Assembly: GCA_028714495.1 (NCBI GenBank) | Contig: JAQTMH010000001.1 | Coordinates: forward strand, 245,036 to 309,035 | Source of the DNA: Patescibacteria group bacterium | GTDB taxonomy: Bacteria > Patescibacteriota > Patescibacteriia > JAHIZJ01 | DNA: 64,000 bases | Direction of reading: 5' to 3' | Part shown: piece after piece, positions 9,239 to 17,655 of the stretch | How the letters are laid out: each line of letters begins with the position of its first letter | Numbering within the stretch: the first letter of the stretch is position 1 | Notes under the pieces: model-generated | What the model was told of the DNA's origin: nothing | Databases searched by the model: none | What the model saw: the letters and a program-made list of their open reading frames with translations, nothing else | Position numbers and translations under genes: made by a program

Positions 9239-10069
9239 TCACCGAACGTAGCAGTGGTACTCCTTCCAGAGGAAATCCCTCTCCTTCTGGGTGAGCCCGA
9301 GCTCACGCCCGGCGATATTGTACTCGTTGATGGCCCAAGACAATCGCAGTATGGCCCAGCCATACTGTTCCATATCCTGAAGGGAACGGGCATAGACGAG
9401 CACGTCCCGGCAGTCCTGGACCAGCTTGGCCCTGAACTGTTCCGGACTCAGGCCATAGTCCTGGATGGTCGTCCCACTGGCGTTCACCAGGTGGACGATT
9501 TCGCGACCGACGTCCCAGGGGTCATCGAGCATGATGGTGCCCTCGCCCTGTCCGATGTCATGGCCGCGGCGGGCGGAAATCGGCTGGTCCAAGCACTGGA
9601 TCAATTCGGTCGCGATGGTACGTCCGAGCCGGTTGTGTGCGGAGTGCACTTCGCTTGCGTTGACCCCGACGTCTTCCCAGGTGACATTCCAGTCACCGAG
9701 ATTGCGCATCGCCGATCCGACTTTGCGATACTGATCGAAGCGCTGGTCGAGGACTCCGTAGGAATCCTGCGCCATCTTCACTTCCTGCTCCCAGCTCGGA
9801 GACAGGAAGCCAGTGAAGACCTGCCGCATCTGCTCGGCGTACTGCGTGCGCTGTTCGAAAGCCTGGCGAGCTTCGTTGAGGGACACCTGTGCGGCCTTCA
9901 GGTTCTCGGCCTGCTTGTTCAGCGTGGCCTCCTTGACCGCCAGCTCCTCGCTCCATGAGTTCAGGTTGGCCTTCTGGTCGCCGAGGTGATGGAACCCGAC
10001 CAGCGTGATGACCAGAAGCACCGCCCAGACGATCCCGACTGCTCCAACGATTCCGATCCGCTTCTTCAT
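9239..10069 (-). CDS. membrane-anchored coiled-coil protein, hypothetical
   Basis: Start MKKRIGIVGAVGIVWAVLLVITLVG with AGGAGG RBS. Long Q/E/A/K-rich coiled-coil segment follows. Flanked by 143-bp direct repeats. Confidence 0.5.
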   Translation of the reverse strand: MKKRIGIVGAVGIVWAVLLVITLVGFHHLGDQKANLNSWSEELAVKEATLNKQAENLKAAQVSLNEARQAFEQRTQYAEQMRQVFTGFLSPSWEQEVKMAQDSYGVLDQRFDQYRKVGSAMRNLGDWNVTWEDVGVNASEVHSAHNRLGRTIATELIQCLDQPISARRGHDIGQGEGTIMLDDPWDVGREIVHLVNASGTTIQDYGLSPEQFRAKLVQDCRDVLVYARSLQDMEQYGWAILRLSWAINEYNIAGRELGLTQKERDFLWKEYHCYVR

Positions 10070-10310
10070 GACCTTCGGTCCTCCTTTGACAGCTTGACCT
10101 GCCGTCTGACATACCCCCATGCTTCATATCCGAGACCGATCATCCCGACCTTTCGACTTCTCTCAAGATCAGGACGCTCCCGCAACCCAGCACCACGTAG
10201 GGCGCCGGGCTCTGGGAGTATTTAATTGTCAAAGTTCTGGTAGCGCTCTCATTTGCAGGAATAACCATCCTTCATCCTTCATTCTTCCTTCTGAATTCTT
10301 AATTCTAAAT

Positions 10311-10455
10311 TGGCTTCTCTCCACCGAACTGGAGGTGAGTTTGTCCATCTTTGAGCCGAAGCTCGATGGACCGGCTGAACTTAGTGAAGGCGTTGAGTTG
10401 TTCACCCGACGCGATCACCTCATCTAGCCACTCTCTTCTCCCCTCCATGTCGGTG
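10311..10455 (+). repeat. 143-bp direct repeat, copy 2
   Basis: See copy 1. The two copies flank the 9239..10069 gene. Confidence 0.85.
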
Positions 10456-11252
10456 CGGAGAACAATCCTATTGCGTATCCCGAAATCTTGTTTCGGGTTT
10501 GTTGTAAAGAACGTGGTCTCTCAATAAGCAGAATGCATTATTTCCCTGCCAGCTCGAGGCCGGTGGACTCGGCCCTTTTGCATGGTTTGTGACCGCCTCC
10601 GGTCCTCGAATTGGCAGGGAAACAATTTGTCTAAAAAGCACTGATCTGGAGGCGAGTCCAAACGCCCTTTGAGCCGAAGCTCGGGCGCTCAAACTGAATT
10701 GTGTTGAAGCCATCGAGGCATGGCCCGATGAGATCAACTCCTTCAGCCTCCTCCCTCCTCCATATCAGTGCTATTTAACGTCGTTCATGGTCCGCCTTGG
10801 GCGGACGGCAATTTAAAATGGGTGACAGTTTGCTGCTGTCAAACCCGAGAAGAGAGTTTTCGACAGAAACAAACCACCACCCATTGATTATGAATGCCGG
10901 TTTTCCAACCGCAATTTGAAGCGATTGGCTCTCTCCTCATTTATTTTATGTAATGTGCTCGCGAACTCTCCCCACAAGATTCTTGAGCATAACTGGAGAG
11001 TATAGCGTACCAAAAAAGACCTGTCAAGACCCCATGAGATGATATTGGCTAATGTAAGCCAAAATATTTTATCAATTAATTTATTTATTGGGTTTTTTAA
11101 CATATTACTACGTAGGCGAGGTTGATCAACCTCGCCTGCTTTGGAAGAGCTTATTTACTATGGAATAGTTGCGCCGGGGTGGTTCTACGCGTTTACTTAC
11201 AAAAAAAACTGTGATAAAGTGACCGCGAAAGTGTTGTTTCGCGACTTTCTTT

Positions 11253-11687
11253 ATGCCAAAAGCAAACAAAAATTTCCACGTCGGCCTGAAGGCTTTTCTT
11301 CAAAAAGACTCTTCATTCCTGGCGCTCAAAGATGCTTATAGCGATTACTGGGATGTTCCCGGCGGCCGGATTGAAGCCTCGGAAATCGATCAGCCGGTTA
11401 CCGAATGCCTGCGCCGCGAACTTTTAGAAGAGTTAGGTTTAAGTTTTCGCTATAAAATCAATAATCTTTTCGAGGTTTGCCAATTCCGCGTCGATGCCAA
11501 AAACAAACGTTCGCCCGGCGTTAATCTCTTCTTGGTTTTTTATGTCTGCCAATACTTAGGCGGCGATATTGTTATCAATAATGAATCGACGAAATACGAG
11601 TGGCTGACAAAAGAAAACTATCAACTTTACAATTTCGGTTCACAGCAAAAAGTGATTGAGCAATTTGTCCGGCAACGTCTTTCTTAA
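11253..11687 (+). CDS. NUDIX hydrolase
   Basis: Nudix box 'GGRIEASEIDQPVTECLRRELLEELGL' (GX5EX7REUXEEXGU). Confidence 0.7.
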   Translation: MPKANKNFHVGLKAFLQKDSSFLALKDAYSDYWDVPGGRIEASEIDQPVTECLRRELLEELGLSFRYKINNLFEVCQFRVDAKNKRSPGVNLFLVFYVCQYLGGDIVINNESTKYEWLTKENYQLYNFGSQQKVIEQFVRQRLS

Positions 11688-11693
11688 AGCGCG

Positions 11694-12155
11694 ATGAATA
11701 AAAAAGAGATTGTTCTAGTCCTGCACAATGTCCGGAGCCGTTTCAATGTCGGCGCGATTTTTCGAACCGCCGATGGCGCGGGTGTAGCCAAGATTTTTTT
11801 ATGCGGAATTACTCCGCGACCGCCCCACGATAAAATCGCCAAGGTCTCGCTCGGCGCCGAAAAATATATCCCATGGGAATATTACCTCCAAACCGTCCGG
11901 CTTCTAAAAAATCTCAAAAAGCTCGGCTATCAAGTAGTCGCCCTTGAACAATCCAGAAAAAGCCTTCATTATAATAAGTGTGGGTCCGTAAAGCCAGTGG
12001 CCCTGGTGGTTGGCAATGAAATTAGCGGTTTGCCTGCGACTATCCTGAACCTAGCCAACCAAGTAATAGAAATACCTATGCACGGTCAGAAGGAATCGCT
12101 CAACGTGGCTGTGGCAACTGGAATCGTTCTCTTTAATATGATAAATACAAGGTAA
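11694..12155 (+). CDS. SpoU/TrmH-family RNA 2'-O-methyltransferase, minimal TrmL-like
   Basis: 153 aa with a SPOUT core only. Motifs 'FNVGAIFRTADGAG' and 'LVVGNEISGLP...ESLNVAVATGIVLF'. Lies immediately upstream of tRNA-Leu(UAA). Confidence 0.65.
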   Translation: MNKKEIVLVLHNVRSRFNVGAIFRTADGAGVAKIFLCGITPRPPHDKIAKVSLGAEKYIPWEYYLQTVRLLKNLKKLGYQVVALEQSRKSLHYNKCGSVKPVALVVGNEISGLPATILNLANQVIEIPMHGQKESLNVAVATGIVLFNMINTR

Positions 12156-12206
12156 GCGAGCCTAACTAGTCCGCCTCTGGCGGAAGGCTCGCCTCCGAGA
12201 ATACAT

Positions 12207-12279
12207 GCCGCGGTGGTGGAACCCTGCACCATGTAAGGTGCAGGGCTCCGAACCTGGCATGGTTCGAGGCTGGGTAAAA
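12207..12279 (+). repeat. tRNA-Leu 5'-end-derived hairpin element A
   Basis: Begins GCCGCGGTGGtGGAAC, which is the first 16-17 nt of the downstream tRNA-Leu. Continues into the hairpin CCCTGCACCatgtaaGGTGCAGGG and a second stem. Ends GGGTAAAA. Confidence 0.6.
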
Positions 12280-12311
12280 TTTAATAACAAATATTCTTTA
12301 GAATAGTTGGT

Positions 12312-12413
12312 GCCGCGGTGGCGGAACTGTCCCGTACCACAATGGGTACGGGACACCCAGAACTCCACGCAGTTCTGGGTGGTATCCGGCACCCAACGTG
12401 GTGCCGGGTAAAA
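12312..12413 (+). repeat. tRNA-Leu 5'-end-derived hairpin element B
   Basis: Begins GCCGCGGTGGCGGAAC, identical to the tRNA-Leu 5' end. Followed by three perfect hairpins (GTCCCGTACC/GGTACGGGAC, ACCCAGAACT/AGTTCTGGGT, CCGGCACC/GGTGCCGG). Ends GGGTAAAA. Confidence 0.6.
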
Positions 12414-12445
12414 TCACAAACTGCAAATTATTCAGCCCAACTGGA

Positions 12446-12532
12446 GCCGCGGTGGCGGAACTGGTATACGCGACGGACTTAAAATCCGTTGGAGGAAACT
12501 CCATGAGAGTTCGATTCTCTCCCGCGGCACCA
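12446..12532 (+). tRNA. tRNA-Leu (anticodon UAA), type II with long variable arm, CCA encoded
   Basis: Cloverleaf checked by hand. Acceptor GCCGCGG pairs CCGCGGC. Anticodon stem ACGGA/TCCGT with loop CTTAAAA. Variable arm GGAGgaaaCTCC. T-loop TTCGATT. 3' end ACCA. Confidence 0.85.
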
Positions 12533-12573
12533 GCTGGGCTGAAAAAAGACAGCGGGGAGAACGTGGAGTTTAT

Positions 12574-12906
12574 ATGCATTATGTGTACTTTCTTCTTTCT
12601 CCATTTTCTAGTAAAACATACGTTGGCCGAACAAATTCTCTCGTCAGGAGAATTGCCGAACACCGAAATGGTAAATGCTGGACTACGGTTCGAATGGGAA
12701 AATTCATAGTAATTGGCTACGAGGCCTTTATGTCAAAAAGTGATTCTTTTAGACGCGAGAGGTACTTCAAAACATCAAAGGGCAGATCAACCCTACGATT
12801 AATGTTCCGAGATAGCATCGCCACGACACTTTTCCCTAACCACGCTGGGTTCGGGGTACCTAGTACCGGAACGAAGCGACTGGTGATGGGTAAAATCCCA
12901 AAATAA
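12574..12906 (+). CDS. GIY-YIG nuclease-domain protein (small, stand-alone)
   Basis: N-terminus 'HYVYFLLS...KTYVGRTNSLVRRIAEHRNG' matches the GIY...YIG...R...E...N signature. Confidence 0.55.
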   Translation: MHYVYFLLSPFSSKTYVGRTNSLVRRIAEHRNGKCWTTVRMGKFIVIGYEAFMSKSDSFRRERYFKTSKGRSTLRLMFRDSIATTLFPNHAGFGVPSTGTKRLVMGKIPK

Positions 12907-12946
12907 TAAACAGCTCAAGTTTAACCGAGCCATTTTTAAAATATCT

Positions 12947-13984
12947 TTAAGACTTTTTCTCTTCGGATGACTGGCCAGCTGAATCGGCGGCCGTGGTTGT
13001 CTCAGCCATGGCGATCGGCAAGACAATCTGCCGGGCAATGATGCCTAAAAGTATCTGGTTATTGTAGCTGAATTCTCGTCCCCTCTCTTTGTCGCCCAGG
13101 AGAATCGCACCGACTACCCGATTGCCAACCTGCATCGGCACTCCCAGCATGTTCTGGCTGGAATATCCGGTTGCTAGATTTTTCTGCTTGCGGTATTGCT
13201 CTTTGACTATTGAAATCTCGCGTCGCGTGCGGTAGATCTGCCCGAGAATCGGGTCTTTAAATAAATCGATCTTTAAATTTTTGACGCGCTGGTTATTGCC
13301 ATAACCCCGGGCGTCCTGGATTACCACTCGGCCCTCCGCCGGGTAATAAAGGGCAAAGATGGCTTTTTGAGCCTTGATGATTTTCAGAATCGTGGTAATT
13401 AATAGGTCGGTCAAATTATCCAAATCCGAGTAAGAGGAGGCGATTTTGCCAGTCGAATAAATAGTTACTAGCTTGTTATTAGCGTGGTGGAGCCGTTCAG
13501 TCAAATTTTCTATGATGTTTGAATAAATCTTATTGACTATTTGAGAATAGTCTTCAGCCAGCTTCAAAAAATCCTTGCCTAGTATTTCAATCATGTCGCC
13601 TGACTCAGTCACCTCGCAACTATGCGAGTGTTTTAATTTTGGGTTAGTCAGAGCGCTCTCCACCGCGAAACTGTGCTTACCTAGAATCGCCAAAGTCTGG
13701 ACTTCTTCATTGAAAATCCGGTAGATGTGCGCTTGGCCGCTTAAGACGATAAAAAAAGATTTGCGGGCTTCTCCGGCTTCAAAAAGTATTTCGCCTTTAT
13801 TATATTTCTTGACTGTGATAATTTTGGCGAGTACCTGAAGCTCGGGGTCGCTTAAGCCCTCAAGAACCGGAATGTTTTGGATAATTTTCGTGTCAATCAT
13901 TCTAGTTAAGATTATATCAAATCCGAACCAATTAAGCCACTTCCTTGTCTTAGCCACCGGTAGCGAGTGAATCAATCTTGGCAA
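12947..13984 (-). CDS. cyclic-nucleotide-binding (CAP-like) + GAF domain protein
   Basis: N-terminal half has a cNMP-binding pattern (GEILFEAGE...FFIVLSGQA). C-terminal half is GAF-like. Start possibly the internal Met MIDTK (~13900). Confidence 0.6.
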   Translation of the reverse strand: MPRLIHSLPVAKTRKWLNWFGFDIILTRMIDTKIIQNIPVLEGLSDPELQVLAKIITVKKYNKGEILFEAGEARKSFFIVLSGQAHIYRIFNEEVQTLAILGKHSFAVESALTNPKLKHSHSCEVTESGDMIEILGKDFLKLAEDYSQIVNKIYSNIIENLTERLHHANNKLVTIYSTGKIASSYSDLDNLTDLLITTILKIIKAQKAIFALYYPAEGRVVIQDARGYGNNQRVKNLKIDLFKDPILGQIYRTRREISIVKEQYRKQKNLATGYSSQNMLGVPMQVGNRVVGAILLGDKERGREFSYNNQILLGIIARQIVLPIAMAETTTAADSAGQSSEEKKS

Positions 13985-14525
13985 GCATCTTGGGAAGTTT
14001 TTTGAAATCTTGGATTAGCGTCTGGCGCAGTCCGCCGTGATAGAGGGCCGCGGCTGGATGGTAGAGCGGCGTTATAAACTTGCCCTGACGCCGGAAGATT
14101 TTGCCGTGTTCTTTTGAAATCCGAAAATCCGAAGGCAAGAATCGGTACATCGCGTGACGGCCAAGCAGGACAATCAGCTTTGGTTTAATCGCCTCGAGCT
14201 GGGCGTCGAGATACGGCCAGCAGGCGTCAATTTCTTCGGGCAGCGGATCGCGGTTTCCGGGCGGCCGGTGTTTCACGATATTTCCGATGAAAACATCCTC
14301 TCGTTTCCAGCCGATCAGTCCCAGCATTTCTTCAAGGAATTTACCAGCCTGTCCGACAAACGGCCGGCCTTGCTTGTCCTCTTCCTGGCCTGGCCCCTCG
14401 CCAATGAAAAAAACCCGGGCTTCTGGATTTCCCTCGCCGGGAACGCCCTGGATAGCGTTTTTGTATAACGCACAACGCTGGCAGGTTTTTACCTCACTGG
14501 CGATTTGATCGATTTTATTATTCAC
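13950..14525 (-). CDS. uracil-DNA glycosylase, family 4
   Basis: 'FFIGEGPGQEEDKQGRPFVGQAGKFL' is the GE(A/G)PG motif. 'LYHPAAAL' is an HPSPL-like motif. Four Cys (CQRCALY...) are near the N-terminus. Confidence 0.75.
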   Translation of the reverse strand: MNNKIDQIASEVKTCQRCALYKNAIQGVPGEGNPEARVFFIGEGPGQEEDKQGRPFVGQAGKFLEEMLGLIGWKREDVFIGNIVKHRPPGNRDPLPEEIDACWPYLDAQLEAIKPKLIVLLGRHAMYRFLPSDFRISKEHGKIFRRQGKFITPLYHPAAALYHGGLRQTLIQDFKKLPKMLAKIDSLATGG

Positions 14526-14567
14526 GTCAGAAACGATATCAATAAGTCTATTATAATTTCAGCCGAT

Positions 14568-15035
14568 CTAAGATTTTATTTTAGCTTTAAGTCTCGCCAT
14601 TTCCACAGCCGCCCAGCCGGCTTCGTAGCCTTTATTTGTTTCTCCGGTGGAACGGGCCATGGCCTGGGCTAAATTATCACATGTCAGAACGCCAAAAATC
14701 ACCGGTATGTTTGTTTGCCGGCCCACCTCGCTGATGCCGCGAGCGGTTTCAGTGGCAACATAATGATAATGGTCTGTTTCGCCTTTGATAATCGCCCCTA
14801 AACATATTACCGCGTCATACTTCCGGTTAATGGCCGCCGCTTTAGCCGCCCAGGGCAGTTCGAACGCTCCCGGTACTTCAATCTGGGCAATGCGCGATTT
14901 CTTAACGCCTGCTTCTTTCAACGCCTTGAGGCAGCCGTTTAAAAGACTACCGGTAATCTTTGGGTTGAAGCGCGCGGTAATGACCACGAAACGATAGGCC
15001 GCGCCTGAGATTTTTTTCAGAGTAGCTTGTTTCAC
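14568..15035 (-). CDS. ribH: 6,7-dimethyl-8-ribityllumazine synthase
   Basis: 155 aa. Lumazine synthase pattern 'RFVVITARFNPKITGSLL...GAFELPWAA'. Confidence 0.85.
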   Translation of the reverse strand: MKQATLKKISGAAYRFVVITARFNPKITGSLLNGCLKALKEAGVKKSRIAQIEVPGAFELPWAAKAAAINRKYDAVICLGAIIKGETDHYHYVATETARGISEVGRQTNIPVIFGVLTCDNLAQAMARSTGETNKGYEAGWAAVEMARLKAKIKS

Positions 15036-15622
15036 TTTTTTGGCAATAATCGTTCGAGATATTTGGCCATCATGTCTACCTCAACATTAACCGGATCGCC
15101 TTTCTTCTTATACTTAAATATGGTGTGTTGCCTGGTGTAAGGAATTATCGCTACTTGAAAATTCACGGTATCTGGATTTAAACCGGTTAGACTGATTCCA
15201 TCCAGGGCGATAAACCCCTTGTTAGCCACGTACTTCATCAGCTTGATTGGAAGCTCAACCGTGAAGATGACATCATGCTTGGTGTCAAAAATATCCTTGA
15301 TTATGCCGACTCCATCGATGTGTCCCTGAACCAGGTGGCCACCCAGTTCATCAAACGCCCGAATCGCTGGCTCGAGATTTACTTGTGAACCAACCTTAAG
15401 TTTGCCAAAATAGGTCCGGCGCATAGTTTCAGCCACGACATCCACCCAAAAGCCGCCCGGTACCTTTTTGGTAACTGTTAAACAGGCGCCATTGATCGCC
15501 ACGCTGCTCCCAGGCTTCAAACGGCCTAAAATTCTACCGGCTTTTATCTGAAACGACCAGGCTTTTTTTCGTTTTTTTATTTCTTTGATTGTCCCAATTT
15601 CGTAAACAATGCCGCTAAACAT
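15032..15622 (-). CDS. ribE: riboflavin synthase alpha subunit
   Basis: 'MFSGIVYEIGTIKEI' N-terminus. Duplicated lumazine-binding halves. 'GHIDGVG' motif. Confidence 0.8.
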   Translation of the reverse strand: MFSGIVYEIGTIKEIKKRKKAWSFQIKAGRILGRLKPGSSVAINGACLTVTKKVPGGFWVDVVAETMRRTYFGKLKVGSQVNLEPAIRAFDELGGHLVQGHIDGVGIIKDIFDTKHDVIFTVELPIKLMKYVANKGFIALDGISLTGLNPDTVNFQVAIIPYTRQHTIFKYKKKGDPVNVEVDMMAKYLERLLPKK

Positions 15623-15632
15623 AGGTTTATAT

Positions 15633-16004
15633 TTAGTCTTTTAATACATTTTTAGCCTGATAAATATCTTCCTGGATCTGGGCCACTAAGCGAGTCTCAT
15701 CGGGATAAGTCTGAAGCGAGCGTAACCGTTTAACTAATCGGGCTTCAAGTACCAGGCCTCTAAAATCCTCTCTCACGCCCAACACATGGATTTCAATTTT
15801 AAAATCTTTCTTTTTCTTTCGCGATGGCGCGCCGATAATCACCAAGCTGGGGTATTTTTTAGCACCCACTGCTGTCCAGGCCGCGTAAACTCCTTTGGGT
15901 ACGGGATGGAGTTTATAATAACGCCGATCGAGATTAGCGGTGGGATAACCCAGGCCCTCTCCCCGGCCCTCTCCCCGAATTACCTTGCCTTTGACAATAG
16001 ACAT
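15633..16004 (-). CDS. riboflavin kinase domain protein (RibF C-terminal-like)
   Basis: 'KGKVIRGEGRGEGLGYPTANL' and 'EIHVLGVREDFRG' are typical of a flavokinase domain. No FAD-synthetase N-domain is present. Confidence 0.6.
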   Translation of the reverse strand: MSIVKGKVIRGEGRGEGLGYPTANLDRRYYKLHPVPKGVYAAWTAVGAKKYPSLVIIGAPSRKKKKDFKIEIHVLGVREDFRGLVLEARLVKRLRSLQTYPDETRLVAQIQEDIYQAKNVLKD

Positions 16005-16064
16005 TTTTATCTGCTATTTAACTTCTGTGAATCGGGGGGTCGCCGTCCAGGGCAACTATTTTCT

Positions 16065-16712
16065 TCACACGGTAATGCTTTCCCGCTCTTCAAGAATTCG
16101 ATAAGGGATCTTGGCTTCTTCGAAAGCTTTGGCAAAAACCGCGGTATCAGTGATATAATTCTCATTGTGGTAATGCATCGGAATCGCCAATTGCGGCTTA
16201 ATCTTTTTAAGGTACTTAACCGCGTCTTTGGGCGAGAAGCAAACCTGGCCGCACATCGGAATCAGCACAATTTCCGCCGGCACCTTGTCGCTTTTGACCG
16301 TATCGCCTAAATGCAAAAGTTGTCGATCGATCAAGAAGCCGATTACCTCAGGTGGCTGGCCTCCACCAGGAAGCGGTCCGTGTTTGGATTTAACGCCCAT
16401 AAATTCGACGTTGTCCACGTTTGTCATTTCGCCCGGCTCGATGTCCAAACTTTCAATCCCGGCGTCTTTTAATTTTCCCTGGACCGCCTGGTTAGTAATG
16501 ATTTTCGGTTGATTGTTCCGCAGAATTATCTTCAGACTCTCCAAATCAAAATGGTCCGAGTGCTCATGGGTAAACAGAATTACGTCTATTTTCTGCCAAT
16601 TTTCAGGTTTTAACGGCAGGGCGCTGTAAACATAACTGCCCGGGTCAATCAGAATCCTTTTATCCTTTAGTTCGACCAGAAAACACGACTGGGGATACTT
16701 TGTAATTTTCAT
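16065..16712 (-). CDS. MBL-fold metal-dependent hydrolase
   Basis: 'ILFTHEHSDHFD' (HxHxDH) metallo-beta-lactamase motif. Confidence 0.7.
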   Translation of the reverse strand: MKITKYPQSCFLVELKDKRILIDPGSYVYSALPLKPENWQKIDVILFTHEHSDHFDLESLKIILRNNQPKIITNQAVQGKLKDAGIESLDIEPGEMTNVDNVEFMGVKSKHGPLPGGGQPPEVIGFLIDRQLLHLGDTVKSDKVPAEIVLIPMCGQVCFSPKDAVKYLKKIKPQLAIPMHYHNENYITDTAVFAKAFEEAKIPYRILEERESITV

Positions 16713-17376
16713 ATGGAATTTTTTTATTGATTGTTTGGTAGTTATTTTGAGTTTGCCGGCGCCAGGCTAAGAGATAGCAGAAGGGCGTGCCGATAAGCGA
16801 GAAAAAGGTTTTGACCATGAAATGAGAGCCGATGATTGTCCAGGCCGTAGCCGCTGGAATTACTCCAAACCACATAAGAAGAACTATCAAAATCACCGTG
16901 TCCAGCAGCTGGCCGATAATGGTTGCCGCGTTATTTCTTAACCAGAGATATTTGCCCTTGGTCCGCTCTTTCAAAAAACTGAAAATCCAAACGCCGTTGG
17001 ACTGGGCCACGAGGTAGGCAATGATGCTGGCCAGAATGACTTTCGGGGCGAAGTCCATTATCAAATTGAAGGCGGCGGTATTTTTCCAGAAATCAGCCGG
17101 GGTCAGCCAGATGGAAAACTTGATGAGCAGCAGAACAATCAGATTGGCGTAGAAACCGAGCCAGATAATCCGCTGGACAGCCTTTTTCCCGTAGAGCTCG
17201 CACAGAACGCCGGTAAAAAGAAAAGTCAGCGGGTAGAGCAATGTTCCGGCTGGCAAATTTAGCCACATAAACTTCACAAACTTGACTGACACGATATTCG
17301 CTATGACATAAGCGACGATAAAGCCCACAGTCAGCAGTTCACGGCGCGAGGGTAATTGATTGCGATTAAAAATCAT
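16660..17376 (-). CDS. polytopic membrane protein (possibly YhhQ/VUT-type precursor transporter)
   Basis: Six or more TM helices. The family assignment is tentative. Confidence 0.4.
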   Translation of the reverse strand: MIFNRNQLPSRRELLTVGFIVAYVIANIVSVKFVKFMWLNLPAGTLLYPLTFLFTGVLCELYGKKAVQRIIWLGFYANLIVLLLIKFSIWLTPADFWKNTAAFNLIMDFAPKVILASIIAYLVAQSNGVWIFSFLKERTKGKYLWLRNNAATIIGQLLDTVILIVLLMWFGVIPAATAWTIIGSHFMVKTFFSLIGTPFCYLLAWRRQTQNNYQTINKKIPYENYKVSPVVFSGRTKG

Positions 17377-17655
17377 ATGTGAATTCCTTTCTAATAATAA
17401 ATTAATGGTAAAGTCGGAGGTTAAAAAAATAATTATCTTAGGACTTACGCGTTTGAGCCAAGTTCGAGGAAAAATCGAGGATTATGGCCGAGACGTAGCA
17501 AAGCTACGGCGAGGTCAAACCGGAGATTTTGACAAAGAAATTGGCCAAACCGGGTTCCCAATCCGCCTCTTTGGCGGATTGGGTGGTAAAGCCGCTTGCT
17601 GACCCAGCTTCGCCGGGTCAAAAGCGGCAAGCGCGTAAGTCCTATATTTAATGTG

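Noticed and set aside
8886-10455. Diversity-generating retroelement (template/variable repeat pair)
   Set aside because: The two 143-bp copies differ at only one internal base, not at many adenine-specific positions. No reverse transcriptase gene is nearby. The repeat is not in-frame-conserved coding sequence.
1-10800. Integron-like cassette array (co-oriented promoterless ORFs separated by structured elements)
   Set aside because: The inter-genic elements do not show attC organisation (RYYYAAC ... GTTRRRY boundaries, extrahelical bases) and no IntI-like integrase or attI is present. Treated as REP/MITE-like repeats instead.
12162-12663. Minus-strand ORFs 12162..12392 and 12298..12663
   Set aside because: They overlap the tRNA-Leu gene and the hairpin elements A/B, have no RBS, and their translations are low-complexity. 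Considered spurious.
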